From: Thermoplasmatales archaeon
GTDB lineage: Archaea > Thermoplasmatota > Thermoplasmata > Thermoplasmatales > Thermoplasmataceae
Assembly: GCA_027310185.1 (NCBI GenBank)
Contig: DAIDBH010000006.1
Location: forward strand, 160,001 to 224,000
Length of the DNA stretch: 64,000 nucleotides
Direction: 5' to 3'
The notes beneath the pieces are model-generated. The model did not search any database. It had not been told where the DNA came from and saw only the letters and a list, made by a program, of their open reading frames with translations. Made by a program: the position numbers and the translations under genes. Below are positions 20,277 to 30,154 of the stretch, piece by piece (positions within the stretch are counted from its first letter, which is position 1; each line of letters starts with the position of its first letter).

Positions 20277-21236
20277 ATGAAATATGTTACAGTTAAAGCT
20301 TCAGCACACCCCACGATGGGTATTGTCCTACTCGGTGGACTTTCAGATCCAGTTTTGAGGCTGCCTTACCATAACTCAGCTGGAATCTGCTATTCCCTGG
20401 CAGATAAAGAATCTGTTGCAGAAACCTCCCTCACGATAACTGATGATGAAATGGAAAATACACTGAATGGTGAAAGGATTAACACAGAGGATACAAGATC
20501 ACCATTTAAGTTCATAGATTTATATAAAAATCAGATAAATAAAAAATATAAAGGAAACATTTACTTCAACTCAGAAAATCGGAACATAATAAGTGGTAGT
20601 TCTGATGCAGGAGCAGCTGCTCTTGGTAAGTGCATATCGTGGATTCTTCCTGATATAAATAATGATGAACTTGAACTGAACATGAGAAAAGTGTCTGAGA
20701 GTGCCGGCAGGAGTTATTACGGAGGCCTGACAGTTACAGAAGGCATACATAAGCCGTTAACAAGACAGATACTGGATGAGACAAAATTCAATGAATATAG
20801 AATCCTTAGTGTTGTATTTCCCCATAAGAGGAAACCATCTGATGATATCCATTTCAATCAGCCAAAGTCAGATTATTACAAAAAAAGGATATTGAATGCT
20901 GACCAAAACGTGATCACTCTTAAAGAACTGGCAGAGAAAAACGAAATAAGGAAAATATTTGAGCTTGCAATGAGAGATACAGACGATTACCATTACCTGA
21001 ACAGCCTTGTAGATGTAAAGATAGTTACAGACGAAATGAAGTCCCTGATGGAAAGAGTGCAGGAGATCAGAAGAAAATTCTGGGTCACATACATTGTGAC
21101 TGGTGGGAACAGTGTTTTCCTTGTTTCAGATAAGAAAAATGTCGAAACTGTAAAGGATATAGCTCTGGATCATTCAAAAGAGATTTACCTGTTAAAGGTT
21201 GCAGGCGGGGCTAGAATTATTGAACCCCGTAATTGA
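20277..21236 (+). CDS. Mevalonate-3-kinase (Thermoplasma-type mevalonate pathway; diphosphomevalonate decarboxylase homologue)
   Basis: AHPTMGIVLLGG, HNSAGI, SGSSDAGAA, VSESAGRS, RKPSDDIH, YIVTGG match T. acidophilum Ta1305 as recalled. Confidence 0.88.
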   Translation: MKYVTVKASAHPTMGIVLLGGLSDPVLRLPYHNSAGICYSLADKESVAETSLTITDDEMENTLNGERINTEDTRSPFKFIDLYKNQINKKYKGNIYFNSENRNIISGSSDAGAAALGKCISWILPDINNDELELNMRKVSESAGRSYYGGLTVTEGIHKPLTRQILDETKFNEYRILSVVFPHKRKPSDDIHFNQPKSDYYKKRILNADQNVITLKELAEKNEIRKIFELAMRDTDDYHYLNSLVDVKIVTDEMKSLMERVQEIRRKFWVTYIVTGGNSVFLVSDKKNVETVKDIALDHSKEIYLLKVAGGARIIEPRN

Positions 21237-21291
21237 AATATGAGTTCAGCAATAGGAAAGAATAAAAAGCTTAATTGTATTAGGATTCTGA

Positions 21292-21453
21292 ATGGCCGAA
21301 AAGAAGGATGGTTTCCAATCAGGGGCAGGTTTAATAAGGTATTTTGATGAAGAAGAAATCACAGGACCAGCGCTTGACCCTAAACTCGTTATATACATAG
21401 GCATAGCAATGGCCGTGGTTGTTGAACTGGCAAAAGTCTTCTGGCCCATTTGA
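21292..21453 (+). CDS. secG: Preprotein translocase subunit Sec61beta (not in ORF track)
   Basis: Manual translation MAEKKDGFQSGAGLIRYFDEEEITGPALDPKLVIYIGIAMAVVVELAKVFWPI*; AGLIRYFDEE..DP followed by one TM helix. Confidence 0.93.
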   Translation: MAEKKDGFQSGAGLIRYFDEEEITGPALDPKLVIYIGIAMAVVVELAKVFWPI

Positions 21454-21569
21454 TCCAGCGTTGACATTCATATTCTTAAATCACAGTAAAAACCTAAGAC
21501 TGATTTTGATCAATAATAAAATGAAGGTTTATGCTTCCCTATACTAGTCATTATTTTTATTTTTAATGA

Positions 21570-21800
21570 TTAGTCATCTTGAATAAAACAATAAAATCTC
21601 CTTCTGGTATCGCTGAGACAAGTTTTAACACTTATCAACGATTCCTCCCTTAAGTGTTTCAAAGAACCCATTAGAGCCCTCTTTGAAAGCCCGGTTTCCT
21701 TCATAAGTGTCTTAACATCTGCTATTTTTATACTCTTCAAGGTTATTAATATGAGTCTTGATGAGGGTGTGAGTTCCTTAAATTTTTCTTCGCTTAACGT
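21570..21800 (-). CDS. Small winged-helix (MarR/ArsR-like) DNA-binding protein, apparent ACG start (not in ORF track)
   Basis: (T/M)LSEEKFKELTPSSRLILITLKSIKIADVKTLMKETGLSKRALMGSLKHLREESLISVKTCLSDTRRRFYCFIQDD*; HTH ETGLSKR and DxR wing; GGTG 4 nt upstream of ACG. Confidence 0.75.
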   Translation of the reverse strand, partial: TLSEEKFKELTPSSRLILITLKSIKIADVKTLMKETGLSKRALMGSLKHLREESLISVKTCLSDTRRRFYCFIQDD

Positions 21801-22056
21801 AAAACACCGATTATTTCATAGGTATAAATCTTACTTCATTTCAGAGAAGATAAATAAAATACAATAGGCGATATCGTGGATTTAAAATTGAAGACTTTGA
21901 ACGGTAAGAAATATGAAATTATATCTGCTGAACTGAATGGCTAAAGATAATCAAAACACGATGTTTATTCCCAAGATCGGGACAAAAAAAGTTAAAATTT
22001 TATTCACGATGAAAATGCAAATGTTTTTTAAACCAGATGAATTATGATTATTCTAT

Positions 22057-24951
22057 ATGAAACCAGTGATAAAGGAAGATAAAGCAGTGAGCGAAATAAT
22101 TGGTGCTATTCTCCTCTTTGCCATAGCCTCAGTGCTGTTGACAAGTTTTATTTTATGGTATGTGCCTAGCACTGGTACAAATAATGATCTATCGTATCAA
22201 AGTTCAACACAGAATGCATTTTCATCTCTGGACTCAAAGATGATCAATCCATCGGTGACTCCGGGAAGCGGTATTTCGCAAAGTTTCTCTCTTGGAATAA
22301 GTGGAACACCCCCATTTACACCATCACAGAGTACAAATCTTTACTATTCAAACAACTTCAATGCTAACCTCTCCTATGGAATGAATGTAAATTATACAAA
22401 TATAGTCACAAAGAAAACTGTATCAGTGGCGGCATGCGCTAACGCAAGTACTAGTAACATATTAGATAACAATTACGTTTCATCTCAATTTAGATATGCA
22501 GTGAACTTCCAGGAGACGGGTTTGCCAGCAGGATATTACTGGACCGTAACACTTGGAGGTGTCCAACAGTCAGGAAGCCCAGTTGGATCGCATTATGCAG
22601 ATACAATTTCTTTCAGTCTTTCAAGAGGGACATATAGTTATTTAATATCTTCAGACAACGTAACAGATAGAGCAAGTCCAGAGGGTGGTACAGTAAAGGT
22701 AACTAATCAGGAAGTAACCGTCCCTGTTGAGTTTACAAATTCTTTAAACAGTTCTACAGCATTGAGCATAGTTGCTGCGGCATATGGACCTTCAAAAGAA
22801 ACTAATGCTATTAACACTGCTAATTTCATAGGAGTGGTTGAGCAGGCGGATACATGTGACATCACATATCCAAATTACTGGTTAAATAATACCGCAAATC
22901 ACTTTGACGGATTGAGTGAGAATTATTATCCTCTTGCCTCTCAACAGTTTTTTATCTATCAGAAAGACACTCCTGTTAGTTACGTTGAATTTTACCTAGA
23001 ACCCAATATAGTTTATTATGAGCAAAAATATCAAGGAGAAGCGAATCTATTCATTACTATAAGCCAATCACCATTCGGAAGTAGTGTTAAGTACAGTACT
23101 ACATCAGTAAATGTGTCCCATACTCCAAACTGTGATGCCTACACTTCAACAAATATTCCGGAAAATGTATCTTTTCGTGATGGTACTCCGATACTTAATC
23201 CGACAGGGAAAACTAATACATATTATTTGAACTTCTATGAGGCAGTAAATGAGAGCCAAGCAAATTATAGTAGCTCAGGAGATGGATATTTACAATTTGA
23301 AAACACAAAAACTGGTTACGGGTATGGACCTAATGAGTTCATTGCAACCACTTCAGATCCGAGTATATCTGTAAACAACGGAATTTCTTATTATTATGAA
23401 GCAACAGTCGATGCAACGTGTACAGGTATTCATGGACATGGCCCTAATAATAATAGATATGGGGATACTGAATTCCACCTTTCATCGGAATTGTTAGTTC
23501 AGAGCTATGGCAGTTATTATTTCCTGTTGGGTTATAATGTAATAACAGAAAAAGCTGATGGTATACTTCATATACACCAATCAGGAATTAATACAACATA
23601 TCTGAAAAACACTAAAAAATTCTGGACATTTTATCTCGGAACAAAAGAATATTCTAGTAACACAGGGTGTATCACTATAACAGGATTATCTTATAAAGAA
23701 TATAATTATACTGTTCCTGATTTTGAAAAAAATATTTCCAACCCAGAGAATGGGTTTATATCAATAATTAGCACACGGAATGTAACTTATCTTAACGTAA
23801 GCTATTTTGCTCCAATAGGTTCTTTACCAAATTTTTGGGCCATATCAGACTGTGCTAAACAACAATTTGTTTTGGATAAGGGTGCAAAAGTGAATTATGT
23901 AACGCTATATCTTTATAATTTTACTATACCTCCGGGTTATAAGTCAGGAAGTACTCCAACAAATTATATAAATATAGAGTTATATAGTAAGACAGGGGAC
24001 CCAATAGTAAGTATAGATAAGAAAGTTGTTCAAACTGGATGGTCACAAATATTTCTGACTAGTTCAATAGGTGGCCATCAACCCATTGATTTAGGGAAAG
24101 GAGTATATAATATAACAGTGAGAGATGTAAACTCCACTGGTCAGATTTCATTCTCTGGAGAGATTGGCTGGGGATTTTCAATGATGGGGGGTTATAGCAA
24201 TTATTTACAGAGAGTAGAGTCGGATAGTATGACATCCGCTTTGAACGACTCTAGGGGTTCGGTACTCACTTCATATGACGCTAATTCACCAAACACATGT
24301 GATGTTACAAATCAATCATTCATATTTGGAATTGGCTATTACAATGTAACAGTATCAAGAGAAATAGTTCCATACAAAGTTACTGGAGATTTCCATATTC
24401 ACGGTTCCATAAATTCCGAGGGAGTTACGCAGTTTACTATATCTGAAACACAGGTTTTACAGGATGGGATTGTATTGACGGCAGGTAAGGGTGTTACATA
24501 TGTTACCGTTAATCCTCTTCCTATAAGGATAGTTTCTTCATCTAAAGGGATATCGCTAAGTTCAATCGCATATAACATGTCCATGGCAAAAGGGGTCTCA
24601 ACTTCTGTAAGTGGTGTTGGGAGTACGATTGTTTCAATGATCATGTCCAGGTCTACACTTGTAAATTACACCATGGGAAACAGTTATACCTTCAACAACA
24701 AGTTGGGAAAGGTTAACAGCATTTGTTTATACAATTACAGCTATATAATTCACTCGTCATATGCTTCCTACTGGGCCAATACCATGTTCACAGAATTACT
24801 AGGTTCAGGTTCTTACAGTAATTTCAACCTGTTTCATCGTTTTGATTTTCAACTTTCCAAGGATACAGAAAAAGTTTCCATGTCAGGTAAATATGTATCG
24901 CTATATTCAACAAACATAAAGAGCGTAGATTTTAATGTGGATTCTATCTAG
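22057..24951 (+). CDS. Giant type IV pilin-like surface protein (class III signal peptide), paralogue 1
   Basis: KEDKA|VSEIIGAILLFAIASVLLTSFILWYVP; Ig-like FQETGLP..YWTVTL module; rich in Ser/Thr/Asn/Tyr with many N-x-S/T sequons. Confidence 0.8.
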   Translation: MKPVIKEDKAVSEIIGAILLFAIASVLLTSFILWYVPSTGTNNDLSYQSSTQNAFSSLDSKMINPSVTPGSGISQSFSLGISGTPPFTPSQSTNLYYSNNFNANLSYGMNVNYTNIVTKKTVSVAACANASTSNILDNNYVSSQFRYAVNFQETGLPAGYYWTVTLGGVQQSGSPVGSHYADTISFSLSRGTYSYLISSDNVTDRASPEGGTVKVTNQEVTVPVEFTNSLNSSTALSIVAAAYGPSKETNAINTANFIGVVEQADTCDITYPNYWLNNTANHFDGLSENYYPLASQQFFIYQKDTPVSYVEFYLEPNIVYYEQKYQGEANLFITISQSPFGSSVKYSTTSVNVSHTPNCDAYTSTNIPENVSFRDGTPILNPTGKTNTYYLNFYEAVNESQANYSSSGDGYLQFENTKTGYGYGPNEFIATTSDPSISVNNGISYYYEATVDATCTGIHGHGPNNNRYGDTEFHLSSELLVQSYGSYYFLLGYNVITEKADGILHIHQSGINTTYLKNTKKFWTFYLGTKEYSSNTGCITITGLSYKEYNYTVPDFEKNISNPENGFISIISTRNVTYLNVSYFAPIGSLPNFWAISDCAKQQFVLDKGAKVNYVTLYLYNFTIPPGYKSGSTPTNYINIELYSKTGDPIVSIDKKVVQTGWSQIFLTSSIGGHQPIDLGKGVYNITVRDVNSTGQISFSGEIGWGFSMMGGYSNYLQRVESDSMTSALNDSRGSVLTSYDANSPNTCDVTNQSFIFGIGYYNVTVSREIVPYKVTGDFHIHGSINSEGVTQFTISETQVLQDGIVLTAGKGVTYVTVNPLPIRIVSSSKGISLSSIAYNMSMAKGVSTSVSGVGSTIVSMIMSRSTLVNYTMGNSYTFNNKLGKVNSICLYNYSYIIHSSYASYWANTMFTELLGSGSYSNFNLFHRFDFQLSKDTEKVSMSGKYVSLYSTNIKSVDFNVDSI

Positions 24952-25008
24952 ACCTACAGTTGCGTCGCAGAAAAAACATATAATTAATTTTTAATTTTAA
25001 CCTTTTAT

Positions 25009-25806
25009 TTATAGATGCAATATTACACCATAATTTTGATACATGATGTAGAAAGCCACAATAATTACAATTATTGCGAACATTTGCGTGAGTCTCCTCT
25101 TTGGAACTCTTCCGGCAAGTCTTGCACCAAACCATCCCCCAAATATGCCTCCGACAATAAACAATGCTGATATAACTATATCAAGATCACCACTTATTGC
25201 GTACCTGGCTGCTGTAATCACTCCAAATGTACCCACAGCCATTAGGGATGTTCCCACTGCCTGTAGAATGTTTAGGCCTCCTCCAAACAGTAATCCTGGA
25301 ACTATAAGGAAACCGCCACCTATGCCAAAGTAACCTGATGCAAATCCTACAATGAGCCCTGTGAGGATGAGTATTTCCAACGACTTTGTAGAACTGGATA
25401 TCTTCCGCTGAACTTCTGATAGATCAATACATTTTCTCTTCAACATGTAAATTGCAATTCCTATCATGAGAAAACTGAAAAAGAATAACAGATCGTTTCC
25501 AGGAGTTAAGAGTCCTAATTCAGATCCGATCAATACGCCAACTATACCGGGAATTGTGAATTCAAGACCTATCTTGTAATTAACATGCTTCTTTAGAGTA
25601 TGCGGTATCAGGTTTAAATATGCATTCACGCCAACTGCCAGCGCTGTTGTACCTATCACTATGTGCGGATGATCAAAGCCGACAAAATATATCAATAGAG
25701 GTATGGCAAGAATTGAACCACCGCCACCGATAAGGCCAAGAGAAAATCCTACAAGAACACCAGAGATTATTGAAAGTATTATCTGAACCTCACTTATTGT
25801 AAACAT
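25009..25806 (-). CDS. Sulfite exporter TauE/SafE (TSUP) family membrane protein
   Basis: Two repeats: GFSLGLIGGGGSILAIP..GT and GFASGYFGIGGGFLIVP..AVGTSL. Confidence 0.92.
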   Translation of the reverse strand: MFTISEVQIILSIISGVLVGFSLGLIGGGGSILAIPLLIYFVGFDHPHIVIGTTALAVGVNAYLNLIPHTLKKHVNYKIGLEFTIPGIVGVLIGSELGLLTPGNDLLFFFSFLMIGIAIYMLKRKCIDLSEVQRKISSSTKSLEILILTGLIVGFASGYFGIGGGFLIVPGLLFGGGLNILQAVGTSLMAVGTFGVITAARYAISGDLDIVISALFIVGGIFGGWFGARLAGRVPKRRLTQMFAIIVIIVAFYIMYQNYGVILHL

Positions 25807-25813
25807 AGATCAT

Positions 25814-26173
25814 CTAGAATGTTATGACTGAATAGCCTTCCTTTATCCTGCTATCTACTTCAACTGCACCGTATACCAGTTCAAGGTTTTGAAATATATC
25901 TTCCTCCGACAACCCTTCCCCTTCAAGACTCACTTTACAGATCTTAACGGGAATGGATGCTTTTCTCAGATTTTCTAGCTGTTCCTTAAACTGAGTGGAA
26001 CTCTTCTGCGTGCTATTGGCAGCCTGTACTCCTCTGCCGAGATAGAGAAATTCAACGGTTGAACCCGCATTTTTAACAGCGTTAACTGCAAAGTTAAATG
26101 CTACCATTTCTGTATTTATATTCTCTTTACCTGTGATCAGCATAACAAGAATTTTAGTCATATTCATTATCAT
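25814..26173 (-). CDS. DsrE/DsrF-like protein
   Basis: KILVMLITG, VEFLYLGRGV, VKICKVS, EGYSVITF; ends 7 bp before the tauE-like gene. Confidence 0.8.
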   Translation of the reverse strand: MIMNMTKILVMLITGKENINTEMVAFNFAVNAVKNAGSTVEFLYLGRGVQAANSTQKSSTQFKEQLENLRKASIPVKICKVSLEGEGLSEEDIFQNLELVYGAVEVDSRIKEGYSVITF

Positions 26174-26502
26174 CTCTTCTTTTCTATCATATTTCTATCT
26201 ATAATTTAATTATTGTGAATATTTTAGAATATTTATGATTTATCTAGAACTACACCAGGTTGTGAAAATTAAATCATCCAGTGAAATGAGAATAGTAAAG
26301 AACTATCGTAAAAGTGTAACGAAATAATTAATTCCCGACTTAATATTTGAGGATGTAAAAACCGGAATATTTTGAGATGTTTTCCAAACAATCCCTAAAA
26401 TAGAAATTTCACTAATGATGACAAACTGGGTTTTTCTTTCACGCACTGTGCAATTTTTGTACATTAAAAGTGCTGTTTTATTCATTATGCCATGACCTGT
26501 TT

Positions 26503-29391
26503 ATGAAAACTCCTATAACTGAGGATAAGGCAGTTAGTGAGATTATAGGTGCACTTCTCCTGTTTGCCATTGTAAGTGTTCTTCTGACGAGCTTTATTCT
26601 GTGGTATGTGCCAAGCACCAGCACAAATAATGAGGTTAACTTTCAAATGGACACCGAATCCTCGCTCATTTCCCTGGAGACAAAGATGTTGAGCCAGAAA
26701 ATCAACCCTGGAGACTCAATTTCTGAAAATGTACCACTTGGCATAAGTGGCACTCCCCCTTTCATTCCAGCGGAAAGTACCAACATTTATTACTCGAGTA
26801 ACTTCAATGCTACTCTTTCATATTCCCTCGAGATGAACTATACAAAACAGATACAGAAAAAAGTTGACTCTGTTGTTTCCTGTGCAAACACCAGTTCAAA
26901 AAACATTATGAATAACATGGAGATTTCAGAAATTGACCACTATGAAGTGAAATTTAAGGAAAATGGATTGAAGGCTGGCAGATACTGGGACGTACAGTTA
27001 AACGGTGTGTCAAAGTCTTCAAGCCCATTGACTTCTTCATCTTCTGGAATCCTGAGTTTCTGCCTTCCCAGAGGTGAATACACTTTCAGGATAAGTTCTG
27101 ATAGCAAAAGTTTCAAGCCTGATCCTTCGAGAGGAATTGTCTTTGTAAACACTTCATCACTTTCTATTCCCGTGGTATTTACATGTAATCTAAATCAGAC
27201 AGTTATTTCTGGTAATTTCGGCGAAATATCTGATTTAAGTTCAAACAATTTCAACCACATAAGTCCCTATTATGGCAATTGCGCAGAAACGAATAACTCA
27301 TATGGAAAGAAAATTTGCCTGAATAACTGGCTTGGAAACAGCTCGGATGAGATGAGAATAGGAGATATAAATTATTACAGGCTTGCCTCCCAGCAATTTA
27401 CAGTTGGTTCTTCCTATGAGTCCGTAAATTATGTTGAATTTATGCTGGAACCTAATCTGGAATATGGAAACCAGTTCATGCAGGGCAAATCGTCACTGTA
27501 CATCAATATTGGAAAAAGCATGTGGGGATCGGCAGTATCAGGGTCAGGAAAGGTCATTAATCTAAAAAGGAATACAAACACTACCTCCTATACGAAAGGT
27601 GATATTATGGAAAAGGTGAACCTTGCAAACTGTATACTTTTGGGTACTCAGCATCCCTACGTAAGAAATTATTACCTAAATTTCTGGGAATCCGTAAATG
27701 AGAGTTCCACATCTTCGGGTAAGCAGAATAACACCTTTGGCATTAAATATGACAATAACAGCGTGGGTTTTGGATATGGACCCAATGAATTTCTGGCATC
27801 ATCAGGTAATCAACCATGTGTAGAGGGAGTTGACACCGCTTATGCATTCGCTGCTCAGATCAAATGTAATGTCTCTTCCTATGTAGATGAAGGCTCAATA
27901 ATGCATGAATTCGACTGCTTCAACATTACAGGAGAGAATATGAAATCACTTTCAGATCCTTATTTCTTCTTAATAGGCTATAATACAACATGCGGTTCAT
28001 CCACACTTCATATTACTGAGAATGGACTGCCTGCAGACACGATCTCAAACCTGGGATGGAAGATGTGTGTTGGCGAAAACAGTTATTCAGTTAACAGCAA
28101 TTCTTTAACCATACAGGATCTATGCAATTTTCAATATTCAATCTATATTCCTAATCATGGTGAATATGTTCCTGATATTGTAAATGGAGTCTTATCAATT
28201 CACAGTGGCTGTAATTCACTTTCCATTAATTTTACAAACCCACGCAGTGAACTCAAAGATGCTTCTGGAATCTCAGATCAGGGAATACAGTGTATTAAAT
28301 TAACCCATCCTGAACAGTTTAACTGCATCTCCATGTACTTTTTTAATTTCACGCATAATGAATTACACAATTCACCTGAAAAAACCGGTTCCTATGTTAA
28401 GGTTTCTCTTTACAATACTGATAGTGGACTTCAATTTTTCAAAGTATCCAGGATAATCAAGGTGGATGGCACTGGATATTACAATATCCACTTCTTTGAT
28501 AGATCTTACGGAAATGGGGCTTACCGCATTCATACCGGGACATATTATTTATCTGCATCTGAAGTTGATCGTAATGGAACTCCTTCAGCGTCCGATAATT
28601 CCGGCTGGGGCTTCACTACATCAGGAGGTTATGATAGTTATATTCGAGAAGTTTCGCAGGACCTGGTTTTGAAAAGTGCCAATAACAGTTGTGATTCCAT
28701 AATCACGCCTTACTATGCAATACAACCCTGCCTCTCGAAGACTACGAATCAGTCATTTATATATTCAATAAGGTACGTGAATGATGAAATATTTTCACAC
28801 AAATGCCAGAGGATCATAACCAGGGATATAAGTGAGGGAGGAGCAATTATTTCATCTGGTTCAACAGAGTTTACGCATTCTAGCGATTTCGTACTAGGAG
28901 ATGGCATGTTCTTCTCTACAGGTTCACAGGGTAGGGAATTGAGTGTCGGTGAATTACCATTAAATCTTTTTATAAATTCAAATGGAACATCCATGAAGAG
29001 TGCAATATATGGCATGAAAATAACTGGCGGGATTCCAACGTCCGAAAGTAACACAGGCAGTTCCTACCTGTCCATGAGGGAAAGTTACCGGGATGTTCAC
29101 AACCTTGAGCTAATGCATTCTTATGCATGTGATAATAACACAATGATCATAACCGGCCTTAACCTCATGGATTATAATTACACCATAGAATCTCACTTTG
29201 CAAATATTCTGGGAAAGAGTTTTTACAGTATGCTTGAAGGTATTAAGGGAACGCCTGAAAGATTCACTGTGAATGCAGGGCTTTCTTTCACAGCCCATAA
29301 GGATCTGGAGACAATAAAGAATTTTAAGGGTGACCTGAAATTGAACTCATTTTCCTGTACAGAACTGGGATTCAGAATCGATTCTATTTGA
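26503..29391 (+). CDS. Giant type IV pilin-like surface protein (class III signal peptide), paralogue 2, Cys-rich
   Basis: MKTPITEDKA|VSEIIGALLLFAIVSVLLTSFILWYVPST; collinear with 22057..24951 through the shared C-terminal DSI; start moved to ATG 26503. Confidence 0.8.
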   Translation: MKTPITEDKAVSEIIGALLLFAIVSVLLTSFILWYVPSTSTNNEVNFQMDTESSLISLETKMLSQKINPGDSISENVPLGISGTPPFIPAESTNIYYSSNFNATLSYSLEMNYTKQIQKKVDSVVSCANTSSKNIMNNMEISEIDHYEVKFKENGLKAGRYWDVQLNGVSKSSSPLTSSSSGILSFCLPRGEYTFRISSDSKSFKPDPSRGIVFVNTSSLSIPVVFTCNLNQTVISGNFGEISDLSSNNFNHISPYYGNCAETNNSYGKKICLNNWLGNSSDEMRIGDINYYRLASQQFTVGSSYESVNYVEFMLEPNLEYGNQFMQGKSSLYINIGKSMWGSAVSGSGKVINLKRNTNTTSYTKGDIMEKVNLANCILLGTQHPYVRNYYLNFWESVNESSTSSGKQNNTFGIKYDNNSVGFGYGPNEFLASSGNQPCVEGVDTAYAFAAQIKCNVSSYVDEGSIMHEFDCFNITGENMKSLSDPYFFLIGYNTTCGSSTLHITENGLPADTISNLGWKMCVGENSYSVNSNSLTIQDLCNFQYSIYIPNHGEYVPDIVNGVLSIHSGCNSLSINFTNPRSELKDASGISDQGIQCIKLTHPEQFNCISMYFFNFTHNELHNSPEKTGSYVKVSLYNTDSGLQFFKVSRIIKVDGTGYYNIHFFDRSYGNGAYRIHTGTYYLSASEVDRNGTPSASDNSGWGFTTSGGYDSYIREVSQDLVLKSANNSCDSIITPYYAIQPCLSKTTNQSFIYSIRYVNDEIFSHKCQRIITRDISEGGAIISSGSTEFTHSSDFVLGDGMFFSTGSQGRELSVGELPLNLFINSNGTSMKSAIYGMKITGGIPTSESNTGSSYLSMRESYRDVHNLELMHSYACDNNTMIITGLNLMDYNYTIESHFANILGKSFYSMLEGIKGTPERFTVNAGLSFTAHKDLETIKNFKGDLKLNSFSCTELGFRIDSI

Positions 29392-29476
29392 GGCGCCAAA
29401 TAATGTCTATAAAATTTATTTTTTATAAAAAATGAGATAAACTTCACTGAAATTATTCTTTAAAAACATAGGGATA

Positions 29477-30025
29477 TTAATCAAATTCATTGTTGAACTT
29501 GTCATCAAAGCTCTTCATTGAACTTTCAATCTGCTTCTTTGCTTCCGCCGCATCCCCATAGTCAGATACACTGGTCTTTTTTCCTTCAAGGATCTTGTAG
29601 GTTTCAAAGAAATTCTTTATCTCCTTAAGCAGATGTGGATTTACATCCTTGATATCCTTCATATTAGTAAAAGATGGATCTTTTGAGGCTACGCCAATAA
29701 TCTTGTCATCCCTGTCTCCTCCATCAATCATGTGCATAACGCCCACGGGCCTTACCTTCACAATTGTACCTGGATATAATGGAAAACTTGTGAGTACGAT
29801 AACATCTATGGGGTCACCATCATCATAGTATGTTCGCGGAACGAAGCCATAATCTGCAGGATACATAACTGATGAATGAAGAACCCTGTCTAACATTATT
29901 CCAGGACCTTCTTTGTTGACCTCATATTTGTTTCTGCTTCCCTTGGGAGTTTCTATTACAGCATAAAATTCTTCCGGGGCATCATCACCAGGAGATGTTG
30001 TAATCCATAAACTGTTATTTGCCAT
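29477..30025 (-). CDS. ppa: Inorganic pyrophosphatase (family I)
   Basis: IETPKGSRNKYE, LDRVL, YPADYGFVPRT, DGDPID, DDKII, FFETYK. Confidence 0.96.
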   Translation of the reverse strand: MANNSLWITTSPGDDAPEEFYAVIETPKGSRNKYEVNKEGPGIMLDRVLHSSVMYPADYGFVPRTYYDDGDPIDVIVLTSFPLYPGTIVKVRPVGVMHMIDGGDRDDKIIGVASKDPSFTNMKDIKDVNPHLLKEIKNFFETYKILEGKKTSVSDYGDAAEAKKQIESSMKSFDDKFNNEFD

Positions 30026-30154
30026 AGTCAATGATTGCACCATTATTATTAATTCTATCATTCACAATTCAATTAGGATATTCAAACCGGTTTTGACTGG
30101 AATATGGCGAAATCTCTATGAACGCTTATATACGCGGATTACCTTTTCTTCACT

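Noticed and set aside
21246-21467. 73-aa minus-strand ORF
   Set aside because: Antisense to the real Sec61beta gene at 21292-21453.
21990-22030. TTCACG..TGCAA word upstream of both pilin genes (also near 26438-26453)
   Set aside because: The spacing differs between the two copies and the words are short, which is too weak to call an operator.
22057-29391. Diversity-generating retroelement or invertase-driven variation of the pilin pair
   Set aside because: No reverse transcriptase, recombinase or near-identical TR/VR repeats were seen; divergence is spread along the whole genes.
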